A stretch of 64,000 nucleotides of DNA from Halobacteriovoraceae bacterium (GTDB lineage Bacteria; Bdellovibrionota; Bacteriovoracia; Bacteriovoracales; Bacteriovoracaceae). Shown here in pieces: positions 20,733 to 28,961 of the stretch; positions within the stretch are counted from its first letter, which is position 1, and the number at the start of each line of letters is the position of its first letter. The DNA is taken from assembly GCA_963719505.1 (NCBI GenBank), contig CAVRCF010000005.1:736001-800000 (forward strand), read 5' to 3'. The notes beneath the pieces were generated by a model. The model saw only the letters and a list, made by a program, of their open reading frames with translations, was not told where the DNA came from and did not search any database. A program made the translations under genes and the position numbers.

Positions 20733-20819
20733 GTGGATAAATTTAAAGAGTTTTTTGGTGAAATTAAAGTCACAATTCTAGATTTAGATCTTGAGGCACA
20801 AGATGATGCTGGAACATAA
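20733..20819 (+). CDS. Putative precursor peptide 1 (28 aa): MDKFKEFFGEIKVTILDLDLEAQDDAGT
   Basis: GTG start after RBS-like AGGGTG; shares the FFG-x-I-x-V-xx-(V/L)DLD motif with the downstream peptides. Confidence 0.7.
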   Translation: MDKFKEFFGEIKVTILDLDLEAQDDAGT

Positions 20820-20842
20820 TAAAAGTACAATAAGGTAAATGC

Positions 20843-20965
20843 ATGAAAGAGTTAGAAGACTTTTTTGGAACGATTGAAGTCAATCAAGTAGATCTCGATG
20901 AAAACGACTTAGAGATTTTTGCCAATATGGCGGCTGAAGAAACTCTAGAGAAGGCAATTGAGTAA
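20843..20965 (+). CDS. Putative precursor peptide 2 (40 aa): MKELEDFFGTIEVNQVDLDENDLEIFANMAAEETLEKAIE
   Basis: TAAGG RBS plus ATG; near-identical to the next ORF, with synonymous differences. Confidence 0.8.
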   Translation: MKELEDFFGTIEVNQVDLDENDLEIFANMAAEETLEKAIE

Positions 20966-20993
20966 AACTGAAAAAATACAATAAGGCAAAACT

Positions 20994-21116
20994 ATGGAAG
21001 AGGTAGAAGATTTTTTTGGAACGATTGAAGTCAATCAAGTAGATCTCGATGAAAACGACTTGGAGATTTTTGCCAATATGGCGGCTGAAGAAACTCTAGA
21101 GAAGGCAATTGAGTAA
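20994..21116 (+). CDS. Putative precursor peptide 3 (40 aa): MEEVEDFFGTIEVNQVDLDENDLEIFANMAAEETLEKAIE
   Basis: TAAGG RBS plus ATG; 151-bp offset from peptide 2. Confidence 0.8.
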   Translation: MEEVEDFFGTIEVNQVDLDENDLEIFANMAAEETLEKAIE

Positions 21117-21145
21117 AACTGAAAAAATACAATAAGGCAAAACTA

Positions 21146-21281
21146 ATGAAGAGTTAGAAGAATTTTTTAGAACATTAGAACAATTGAAGTCAATCAAGTA
21201 GATCTCGATGAAAATGACTTGGAGATTTTTGCCAATATGGCCCTCGAAGAGCCAACAAATAAAGAACTTTCATTTGAGTAA
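21146..21281 (+). pseudogene. Frameshifted peptide copy 4 with a different C-terminus (...IEVNQVDLDENDLEIFANMALEEPTNKELSFE)
   Basis: Same RBS, but ATG AAG AGT TAG (one base short of copy 2) plus an 8-bp duplication TTAGAACA at 21167-21182. Confidence 0.7.
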
Positions 21282-21296
21282 CCTCGGAGAAAAGAA

Positions 21297-21572
21297 ATGA
21301 ATAAAACATACTCTTTAAATCCAAGTCTTTTCTTCTCATCAAATGATGAAAAGTTAAATATTATTAGTCTAGAAGATAAGAATAACGAAGTTATATCTTT
21401 AACGAAAGTAAATGCTCTTATATTTCCAGATATCGTGGATGGAAAAACCCAAAATGAAATTCTTGAAAAAGTTAAAGCTCTACCCGACTGCCCGGAAGAG
21501 AAGGAAGTTGAAAAATATTTGTCTAATTTTCTCGTAAAATTAGAAGAATTGAACGTTATTGTTCCCAAATAA
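21297..21572 (+). CDS. Stand-alone PqqD-family protein / RiPP recognition element (RRE)
   Basis: 91 aa with a beta-rich N-half, then SLTKVNALIF..IVDGKT.NEI...EV..FL.KLEE.NVI, the PqqD/lasso-B1 pattern; RBS ggag. Confidence 0.75.
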   Translation: MNKTYSLNPSLFFSSNDEKLNIISLEDKNNEVISLTKVNALIFPDIVDGKTQNEILEKVKALPDCPEEKEVEKYLSNFLVKLEELNVIVPK

Positions 21573-22782
21573 AATCTTTCAAAAGAAGTTGAATAAATCG
21601 GCTCACTCCATCAATCGAATGTTGATCAGCATCAAGTCCAGAAAAGCGAAAACAACTATTTGCTTCATTGGTATTAGAATCCTCAAAAGCTCCTAAAAGA
21701 CATGAGTCCAGCCCAAAACTCGTGCCCCAAAAAACGGGAAGTTCAGCTTTTGCTTTGAGTTTATTAACTCTTAAGGCAAAATTCTCATCAGTTGATTTTA
21801 TCTTGATGAGCGAAAATAGCTCATGATGGACATTTGTTCTAAACGGCTTATGACCATGCTTAAGCACATTCACCTCTATATCTTTAAGATTTTTTTTGAA
21901 GCGCCCTACTCTTTTTAGGTTGAGATGATGATATTTCTCACTCCAAAAGAATGGAAGTATATTCTCTAAATTTGAAAATCCCCCATAACGTCCAAAATAG
22001 CGGTGAAAGAAATTTTCTGCACTCTTGTCTCTTTTTTCTTTAAAGCGATCAAAGTATTGAAGATTAAAAGCATAAAGACTTCCAAGTTGAGCATACTCCT
22101 CTCCAAAAGAGTCAGTCTTAATAAGACTCTTTATGATAAAAACAGCCGCACCTGAAGACTTAAGTTTTATAAAAACTTCTTTTTCAAGAAGTGAGCCTGT
22201 TAAAAGACAAGTCGCATCGACAACAATAATATCGTACGCTGAAAAATCAAGCGCCTCATAAGTTGAAGTCTCAGAAACACTATAATCAAGTATTAAGCAT
22301 CGATCTCCACCGCTTTGATCTTTCTGTTCTAAAGACTTAATAACTTTATTTGTGTCAAAATAAATGGACGTCACAGGTCTTACAAACTCAATATTAGTAT
22401 CGATTGATGTAACAAAAGTCAGCACGATCGCCATTGCACCTTGAGCGCTAGAGGTGAAAGCGGCAAACTCCTCACCACCGCCAATATCAACCAAAGAGTG
22501 GGGATGAATAAAACGAAACTTATTATCTCCCATAAACCTATACCCTTCCCTTGAATAAGTATAAGAGATGTTCTGACCATAGAAGTTGAGCGGCTTATTC
22601 ATCAGATTCGTTGTTGGAAATTCTATCTTATCGATTGCCTCTTTTCTGATGTGTCTAAAAAGATATTTTTTGGCAACTCTAATGTCTTCTGCACAATGAA
22701 CGGGATGAAGAGATGCCTTTACGCCAGCAAACGTACACAAATAGTCAATTTCCTCTCTTTTAGACTCAATATAGGATGACAC
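21556..22782 (-). CDS. Divergent PLP-dependent enzyme, Cys/Met metabolism (cystathionine gamma-synthase/lyase-like) family
   Basis: YSREG (cf. YSR.GNP), FTSSAQGAM (FSSGMAA), YFDT (YGGT), VVDAT (VVDNT), SLIK (S.TK lysine), TSFG, FRFS. Confidence 0.65.
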   Translation of the reverse strand: MSSYIESKREEIDYLCTFAGVKASLHPVHCAEDIRVAKKYLFRHIRKEAIDKIEFPTTNLMNKPLNFYGQNISYTYSREGYRFMGDNKFRFIHPHSLVDIGGGEEFAAFTSSAQGAMAIVLTFVTSIDTNIEFVRPVTSIYFDTNKVIKSLEQKDQSGGDRCLILDYSVSETSTYEALDFSAYDIIVVDATCLLTGSLLEKEVFIKLKSSGAAVFIIKSLIKTDSFGEEYAQLGSLYAFNLQYFDRFKEKRDKSAENFFHRYFGRYGGFSNLENILPFFWSEKYHHLNLKRVGRFKKNLKDIEVNVLKHGHKPFRTNVHHELFSLIKIKSTDENFALRVNKLKAKAELPVFWGTSFGLDSCLLGAFEDSNTNEANSCFRFSGLDADQHSIDGVSRFIQLLLKDFIWEQ

Positions 22783-24497
22783 ATATTCTCCGTAGATTTA
22801 AAATATCCTACATGAATCATAAAACAAAAACTGAACTCTTTGTAGGAATAAATTTGGGTCATCATGATGCAAGCTGTTGTGAACTCGATACAGCTTCTCA
22901 AAGTTTTACTATTTATGAAGAAGAAAGACTCTCAAGAGTTAAAAGTAGAGGGTTTTATCCCTTTTTATCTGTCAACCAACTTCAAAACTCTTCCTTCTCA
23001 AAGCTCGATAACAAACAGGAAGTAAAAGTTTCCTTCTCTAGCTTTATGACTGATATTGAAAAATCTTGGGAACTTTCTCAAAAGAAGAAAGAAGCTTCCT
23101 TTATTCTTCTCAACGAGAATTTTCAACCTAAGAAAATCTCAAAAAGTATAATCCATCATGAAGCTCACCTCTTTTCAGCCCTACCTCTTGTAGATACGAG
23201 CGCTGACTATCTTGTCGTCGTTGCTGACGGCTGTGGCAGTAACCTAGATGATCTAGAACTCCACTCTTTTTTTGATCAAGATACTTCTCAAGCGGAGGGC
23301 TATGAAATGATCTCAGCTTATTCTTGGCGGCAAAGATCACTAGAACAAGTGGATAAAAAGTGTAGCCTTCTGTATTGGAAGAAAAATAAAAAGGACTCCT
23401 TCTATCCAGCTTCATTTTTTACCAGTGCAGCTAAAATCGTCTTTGGAGATTGGAAGCATAGTGGAAAAGTCATGGGTCTTTCCGCTTACCACACCGGTGA
23501 GCTTTATTCTCGAGACGAGCTTTTTGATAAAATGTACAACGCCGAGGTTCCTGAAAAACTTGATCCGACGGCTTTTGATAATTTATCCGACCCCATTCTT
23601 AAAGAAAAACAAAAGATTTGTGCCAGTGTTCAGTACTACTATGAAGAGTTTATGTTCGAATACCTTGAGACTTTACAAAAAAAGACAAAGCTAAAAAATT
23701 TAATCTTAATTGGTGGCTGTGCTCTCAATTGTGTTTTTAATGAAAAGCTCAGAAAGAAAAAAATCTTTGCAAATATTTATGTCCCACCATGGCCAAATGA
23801 CGAAGGGATCTCTTTTGGTTCCACAGTGGCATCCTACTACAATGAAAACGCAAAACTCCCTCTTATTAAAAACACGAAGTCTCCCTTTAGGGGAATGAAT
23901 TTTCAATATAGCGAACGTGATATAATAGAACAGTTTAAGGATTATACAATTGAGCCTTTTAATATTAATACAGTTGTCGAGCTATTTATCAAAGGTGAAG
24001 TTATCGGTTGGTATGAAAATCAAAGTGAATGTGGACCACGGGCCCTTGGTCATCGCTCCATTTATGCTGACCCCTTTAAAGCCGGGATAAAAGACTTTCT
24101 TAATAGTAAGATTAAATTTAGAGAAAACTTTAGACCTTATGGATGCTCCATCTTAGAGGAGGACCAAAGCCTATTCTTTGAAGATCACCAAGGACTCAAC
24201 TCCCCCTTTATGTCATTTGCCCCCATAGTCTTAACTGAGCAAAGACAAAGGCTCAAGGAGGTTATACATAAGGATCAAAGTATACGAATTCAAACTGTCG
24301 ATGACACGTTTGACGGTTTAAAAAAGTTCTTAGAAAAAATTAAAGAAAAAAGAGGAAATTCTCTCATTATTCATACAAGCATGAATATTAATAAGATGCC
24401 CATTGTAAATTCCATTCATGATGCAAAGGAATTCTTTGCTAAAAGTAATATCAAATACATGGTCTTTAATGACTACTTAATCTCAAAGCCTGTATAA
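22776..24497 (+). CDS. O-carbamoyltransferase, NodU/CmcH/TobZ family
   Basis: HDAS, EEERLSRVK, HHEAH, DG.G, GKVMGLSAY, GGCALN, GPRALGHRSI, KFRENFRP, RIQTV; the start may be 22812. Confidence 0.92.
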   Translation: MTHILRRFKISYMNHKTKTELFVGINLGHHDASCCELDTASQSFTIYEEERLSRVKSRGFYPFLSVNQLQNSSFSKLDNKQEVKVSFSSFMTDIEKSWELSQKKKEASFILLNENFQPKKISKSIIHHEAHLFSALPLVDTSADYLVVVADGCGSNLDDLELHSFFDQDTSQAEGYEMISAYSWRQRSLEQVDKKCSLLYWKKNKKDSFYPASFFTSAAKIVFGDWKHSGKVMGLSAYHTGELYSRDELFDKMYNAEVPEKLDPTAFDNLSDPILKEKQKICASVQYYYEEFMFEYLETLQKKTKLKNLILIGGCALNCVFNEKLRKKKIFANIYVPPWPNDEGISFGSTVASYYNENAKLPLIKNTKSPFRGMNFQYSERDIIEQFKDYTIEPFNINTVVELFIKGEVIGWYENQSECGPRALGHRSIYADPFKAGIKDFLNSKIKFRENFRPYGCSILEEDQSLFFEDHQGLNSPFMSFAPIVLTEQRQRLKEVIHKDQSIRIQTVDDTFDGLKKFLEKIKEKRGNSLIIHTSMNINKMPIVNSIHDAKEFFAKSNIKYMVFNDYLISKPV

Positions 24498-25615
24498 CTA
24501 GAATATACTTCGCGATAGAGAGACTTTCCACTTTTTTTCCTAAAGGGAAAGCTTTTGCGATAGGTTTTAGAAAAAAGACGAAAAGTTTGGCTTTGCCCTA
24601 AGTACTCATTTTTTTGCTGAATGATTTCACTTATTTTAAGATTAAAGGATTCGTACGATAGCTGTGTTGAAAGATCGTGATCAACGATACTATTCACTCT
24701 CCCTTTCAAGCCCATAAGTGCGCTTAAAAGATTCTTTTTATTTATTCTTGGAATGAGATCTTCATCAACTTCTACGCCAACCATATCTGAGAAATCATTA
24801 TAAGCCCCATGCCCTCCCCAGTTGCTTAACACCAGTTGGTGCCCTTTTAAAAAGCCCTGGGCAATGCTTACGCCAAAATCTTCATCGTGGTAGGTACTCA
24901 TTGAAACCGAGTACTGACAGTTACCCATCACTTGTTCAAGAGAGCCTTGCTCTAGACTTCCATGATACTCAATTCCTCCATCTGACTTTTTAATCAAAGA
25001 GTAAAAAGTATCCTTAAAAACATTCATATCAACTTTATAGCCATGAAGATGATAGCCCCTATCGTGGAAATCTCCAGCTATATGAAGCTTTAACTGAGAA
25101 TTAAAACGTCTCGCATTGATAAAGACACTCATGAGTTCAAGAATATTTTTTTGAGGAGTTAACCTTCCTGCATAAATGAGACTTTTTCCCGCTGATGAAG
25201 TCACTATTGAAGGTTTCATAGGATAAGGAACAATATGACAAGCACCACTTTGAACCAAGCTTTGAATCTGATCTTTTGATCTTGGGCTGGCCGCAAGAAG
25301 TGAGACATTTTCTCCAAGTAAATTGTCTCCAATATAATTCCAGCGATCAAGTTCTACTGTCATATTTCCATAGACCGGTAAAATAAAATGATTTTTTTTA
25401 CCTAAAAGAGCGGAAAGTGAATCTTGCCACTTAAAATGGTCTGACATAAAAAATATATCTGATTCTGGCAAAATTGAATCAACCTGGGCGGGATCAATAT
25501 AATGAACTTCAAATGGAGCGCGATCAAGCGCCTCACAAATATACTTTTGAATGATATTACAACTAAGCCAGAAATGATCTTCATCCACTTTTAAGACATA
25601 AAGTTTATTCTTCAT
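24473..25615 (-). CDS. GT-B glycosyltransferase (GT4-like)
   Basis: YAGRLTPQKN, HIAG, EDFGVSIAQ, SNWGG; start moved to ATG 25615. Confidence 0.85.
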   Translation of the reverse strand: MKNKLYVLKVDEDHFWLSCNIIQKYICEALDRAPFEVHYIDPAQVDSILPESDIFFMSDHFKWQDSLSALLGKKNHFILPVYGNMTVELDRWNYIGDNLLGENVSLLAASPRSKDQIQSLVQSGACHIVPYPMKPSIVTSSAGKSLIYAGRLTPQKNILELMSVFINARRFNSQLKLHIAGDFHDRGYHLHGYKVDMNVFKDTFYSLIKKSDGGIEYHGSLEQGSLEQVMGNCQYSVSMSTYHDEDFGVSIAQGFLKGHQLVLSNWGGHGAYNDFSDMVGVEVDEDLIPRINKKNLLSALMGLKGRVNSIVDHDLSTQLSYESFNLKISEIIQQKNEYLGQSQTFRLFSKTYRKSFPFRKKSGKSLYREVYSSYTGFEIK

Positions 25616-26690
25616 AAAGGCCTTTAAAAAACGTTGCCTTAAGTTTTTGCAAAACTTTAAAATTTTGCGCAATAATAAAGAGGTACACAAAGTTTTTCCC
25701 TGGAGGGTTTAGAAACATAAAACCATTTCGATCTCCTTTTTTATAGACAGGCCAGCGAGATTCATCAAGAGAGAATCCTTTTTTAAAACTTAATTCAAAA
25801 AATTGTCCTACTCCCGATTCAGGCAAGAAATTTCGTAACTCAGCTAAAAGCGATCCCATATTAATCCTATAATTAACTTCACACAGGGGATAAATGCCAA
25901 TGCGATCTCCATCTTTAAATAAAAAACCATCAATCGTGAGATTTTGCTGAAGATCGAATTTCTTTAACTCCTCTAGCAGACTGATAGAAGTTGAGACTGC
26001 TTTATTGTAGTCTTCAAGAGCATCTAAGGATTTTAAGTAAATATCCTTATCTTCATTCTTATCAAAAATAAGCCCACCAAAGTAGTGACCAGTCTTGTTC
26101 ATCATCGTAAGATAATCGAAACTCTCATTCGTAACTGGATTATAGTGAATTGAATAGTCAAGAATTCTCTCATAGAAAGGCTCAAGAACCTTTACCTCTT
26201 TAAAAGGCTTTGCATCGGAAGCTCTTTCAATCACTTCAAAGCCTTGTCCCGCTTTGTAGAAGCAGTTCTTTAAAAGCCACTTTCTGTTTTTAAAATCAAT
26301 CTTTTTGAGATCGTGATCGGAAGTGAGAAAGTGAAAATCTTTTGGAAGGAGATTGTTCATCTCTAGAAATTTATAAGTCCAAGCTTTGGAATTTAAATTT
26401 TTCTCCAGCTCTATATCAGTTAACTTACCATACCAGTTAACAACTCCTCTTTCATCCTTTGTGAATCTTGGAATAATAAACCCAAATCCTTTCAACTTAT
26501 CGATAAAATCCACAGAATAATCCTCTAAAACAAAGAGTTCACAGTCTGGATCTTTATTGATGGCAAAAAATAAAAATTCAGCACATCCCCACACTTCTCG
26601 ATTTCTTAAAACTCGCTCTGGACTAAAGCCAAGTTCCTGCGCAAAGAGTTCAACTTCATACTCTGAATTTACTCTATATTTGATTGTCAT
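25605..26690 (-). CDS. ATP-grasp fold ligase-like protein
   Basis: LNSK, WLLK...AGQG, VLEPF.ERILDYS, IDG....IYPLCEVNYR. Confidence 0.75.
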   Translation of the reverse strand: MTIKYRVNSEYEVELFAQELGFSPERVLRNREVWGCAEFLFFAINKDPDCELFVLEDYSVDFIDKLKGFGFIIPRFTKDERGVVNWYGKLTDIELEKNLNSKAWTYKFLEMNNLLPKDFHFLTSDHDLKKIDFKNRKWLLKNCFYKAGQGFEVIERASDAKPFKEVKVLEPFYERILDYSIHYNPVTNESFDYLTMMNKTGHYFGGLIFDKNEDKDIYLKSLDALEDYNKAVSTSISLLEELKKFDLQQNLTIDGFLFKDGDRIGIYPLCEVNYRINMGSLLAELRNFLPESGVGQFFELSFKKGFSLDESRWPVYKKGDRNGFMFLNPPGKNFVYLFIIAQNFKVLQKLKATFFKGLYEE

Positions 26691-27694
26691 AGAAAAACGA
26701 TATCTGCTTGATCGATTCCGTTAAAGGAATGATTCCAAGCCGTAGAGTATCCACTTACATTTTCAACGATAATATTATCACCGATGCAAATACTTAGTGG
26801 ATCTAATTGAATAGTCGCTAAAACGTCACTCTCATAGCAGCTTGGACCTGCAACCTTTAAATCTTCATTCTTTTTCTCAGTAACAGGTTTACAATGCCTG
26901 TAGCGAATTTTTACTCTGTTATCAATCCATCTAAGATGGCAAGTTGGCGACAAAGAACAAATAATCGTTTTGTTGTAAAAAGCGAGAACTTTCCCAACCG
27001 CCACGCCGGAGCTTGCGGAAATCCATCTTCCAGGCTCAAAGTAGAGGGTTGTGTTGGGAAGGTTTTGATAGGCATATTTTGTTATACTTTTGATTTCATC
27101 AAGACTCAAAGGTGCGAAGCCCCCCCCAAAATTGATAGATAAGTTTCTGTTTGCTGCTATAGAGATGAGGCGATCAATCATTTCTTCATAGTCTGTTACT
27201 TTATTTTCTAACCCTCCAAAGTGAAGGTGTAGATGTTTAATGGATGGAAACTTGGCTAAAGTATCCTCTAAGTCATTTAATTTGACTCCAAAGCGAGAAC
27301 CCTCTCCAAGGAAGTCTGTCGATACTCGTAAGGAAATATTATCAAACTTGCTCACTCTACCCAAGTCCTCGAGGCAATTGATGTCATTGACTGAATTCTC
27401 TAAAGGTGAATAAAATGGTGAAGAATTCCAAACGATCTTTTTGTCGAGTTCGGAGATCAAATTTTGCTCGTTAATATTTGAAACATCAAATCCAAAAAGA
27501 AACTGTGAAGCAAGTTTAAGAACTTCGGTATTAGGAAATGACTTCACGGGAAAAAGAAACTTAACCCTATCATTTTCAAGGCTCTTAAGACCCTCAAAGT
27601 TTGCCAGCAAATCTTTTTTAGAAAAGTAGTAACAGGTACTTCTTTCCATGCTCTCAAACTCTCGTAAACAAACCTTAGTTGATAAATACTGCAT
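26687..27694 (-). CDS. PLP-dependent decarboxylase, fold type III (diaminopimelate/ornithine/carboxynorspermidine decarboxylase family)
   Basis: FPVKSFP (PLP lysine), SRFG, HLHFGG, NFGGGF, EPGRW, GPSCYESD, GYS; the start may be 27649. Confidence 0.88.
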   Translation of the reverse strand: MQYLSTKVCLREFESMERSTCYYFSKKDLLANFEGLKSLENDRVKFLFPVKSFPNTEVLKLASQFLFGFDVSNINEQNLISELDKKIVWNSSPFYSPLENSVNDINCLEDLGRVSKFDNISLRVSTDFLGEGSRFGVKLNDLEDTLAKFPSIKHLHLHFGGLENKVTDYEEMIDRLISIAANRNLSINFGGGFAPLSLDEIKSITKYAYQNLPNTTLYFEPGRWISASSGVAVGKVLAFYNKTIICSLSPTCHLRWIDNRVKIRYRHCKPVTEKKNEDLKVAGPSCYESDVLATIQLDPLSICIGDNIIVENVSGYSTAWNHSFNGIDQADIVFL

Positions 27695-27873
27695 TTTAAA
27701 ATTATAAGGAAACCCCGTTTTAATGGCAAGAAACCATTACCTGGTCCAAAAGACTAAATTTCAAAGGCTTAGCACTGCACAATAGTATGTAGACATAACC
27801 TTGTTTAAAGACTTTTAAAGGCCAAAGTCTAATTTATTTGCTATGGTCCTAAAAAATTAAAAGAGAGAAAACT

Positions 27874-28944
27874 ATGACAAATATAAAAATTGACCCAAAA
27901 GCCATTTCAAACCTAGAGAATTTTCAAAATCCAACAGATATTCAATTTGGAAAAACTTTAGTTCCAGCACTTTTAAAGTGTGAATATCGAGACGGTCAAT
28001 GGGGTGAGCTTGAATTCTTACCCTATCACAAGATACTCATTGATCCGGCAGCTAAGGTTCTTCATTACGCACAAGAAATTTTCGAAGGACTAAAAAGTTA
28101 TAAGAACGATGAAGATGAGGTTTTCTTATTTAGACCTGAAGAAAATGCAAAAAGATTCAATAAATCAGCAGTGAGAATGGGAATGCCTGAACTTCCGGAA
28201 GAGATCTTTATTGATTCTCTCAAGTGCTTAGTTAAGCACTCTCACCACACATTTTCTAAAGAGCTTGGAGATTCGTTTTATTTAAGACCTTTTATGTTCG
28301 GAGATGAACCTCAATTAGGTGTCAAACCATCTTCAACTTACCAATATTATCTTATTGGGGGCCCAGCAGGAAACTACTTCACAAAGCCCTCGGTGAAAGT
28401 CAGAGTTGAAAAAGAGTCCCACCGAGCATCTTCAAAAGGGATTGGAAGTGCAAAGACTGGTGGGAACTATGCTGCCAGTATGGCCGCAAATAAAGTGACC
28501 AGCGAGCAAAATTATGACCAAACACTTTGGCTTGACCCCGTCTATGGTGAGTTTATTGAGGAATTGTCAGGAATGAACTTCTTCGCAGTTATCGATGATG
28601 TTTTAGTGACACCTGAGCTTGGAAATTCAATTCTTCACGGAATAACGAGGGCATCACTTCTAGAGCTTGCCCAAAGCTTTGGTATAAAGGTTCAAGAAAA
28701 AAAGATTTCTATAAATGAACTTATGGACCAAATAGATTCCAAAAGTTGTACAGAGCTTTTTGCATCTGGAACGGCATCTGTTCTTACTCCAATAGAATGT
28801 TTGAAACTCGACGATAGAGAAGCATTCGTCAAACATCCAAATGGAAAAATATCAGTGAAATTAAAAGAAGCCCTTCAAAAACTTCAAACAGGTCGAAGTG
28901 AAGATCCTTTTAATTGGAGACAACAGGTCGATCTTACAAAATAA
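27874..28944 (+). CDS. ilvE: Branched-chain amino acid aminotransferase
   Basis: LHYAQEIFEGLK, YLRPF, AKTGGNYAAS, EELSGMNFF, ILHGITR, SGTA. Confidence 0.93.
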   Translation: MTNIKIDPKAISNLENFQNPTDIQFGKTLVPALLKCEYRDGQWGELEFLPYHKILIDPAAKVLHYAQEIFEGLKSYKNDEDEVFLFRPEENAKRFNKSAVRMGMPELPEEIFIDSLKCLVKHSHHTFSKELGDSFYLRPFMFGDEPQLGVKPSSTYQYYLIGGPAGNYFTKPSVKVRVEKESHRASSKGIGSAKTGGNYAASMAANKVTSEQNYDQTLWLDPVYGEFIEELSGMNFFAVIDDVLVTPELGNSILHGITRASLLELAQSFGIKVQEKKISINELMDQIDSKSCTELFASGTASVLTPIECLKLDDREAFVKHPNGKISVKLKEALQKLQTGRSEDPFNWRQQVDLTK

Positions 28945-28961
28945 ACCAATAAAATGCAGTC

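Larger units (their letters stand above)
20826..21281 (+). repeat. Tandem ~151-bp direct repeat x3 (RBS spacer plus peptide gene)
   Basis: TACAATAAGG... and GAAGTCAATCAAGTAGATCTCGATGAAAA..GAGATTTTTGCCAATATGGC each recur three times. Confidence 0.95.

Noticed and set aside
20826-21281. CRISPR array interpretation of the ~151-bp repeats
   Set aside because: The units are near-identical along their whole length, have no unique spacers, encode RBS-led ORFs, and no cas genes are nearby
20597-21568. Minus-strand ORFs 20597-20830 and 21194-21568
   Set aside because: Antisense shadows of the peptide and RRE genes with no recognisable motifs
20733-21572. PQQ biosynthesis or lasso peptide locus
   Set aside because: No pqqB/C/E, no ExxxY PqqA core, and no asparagine-synthetase-like cyclase or transglutaminase-like peptidase in the window
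26687-27694. Calling the decarboxylase lysA
   Set aside because: It is short and divergent, sits in a tailoring-enzyme run, and substrate specificity cannot be read from the motifs
27874-28944. ilvE as a definite member of the peptide cluster
   Set aside because: It looks like a canonical housekeeping BCAT and is divergently transcribed; only proximity links it
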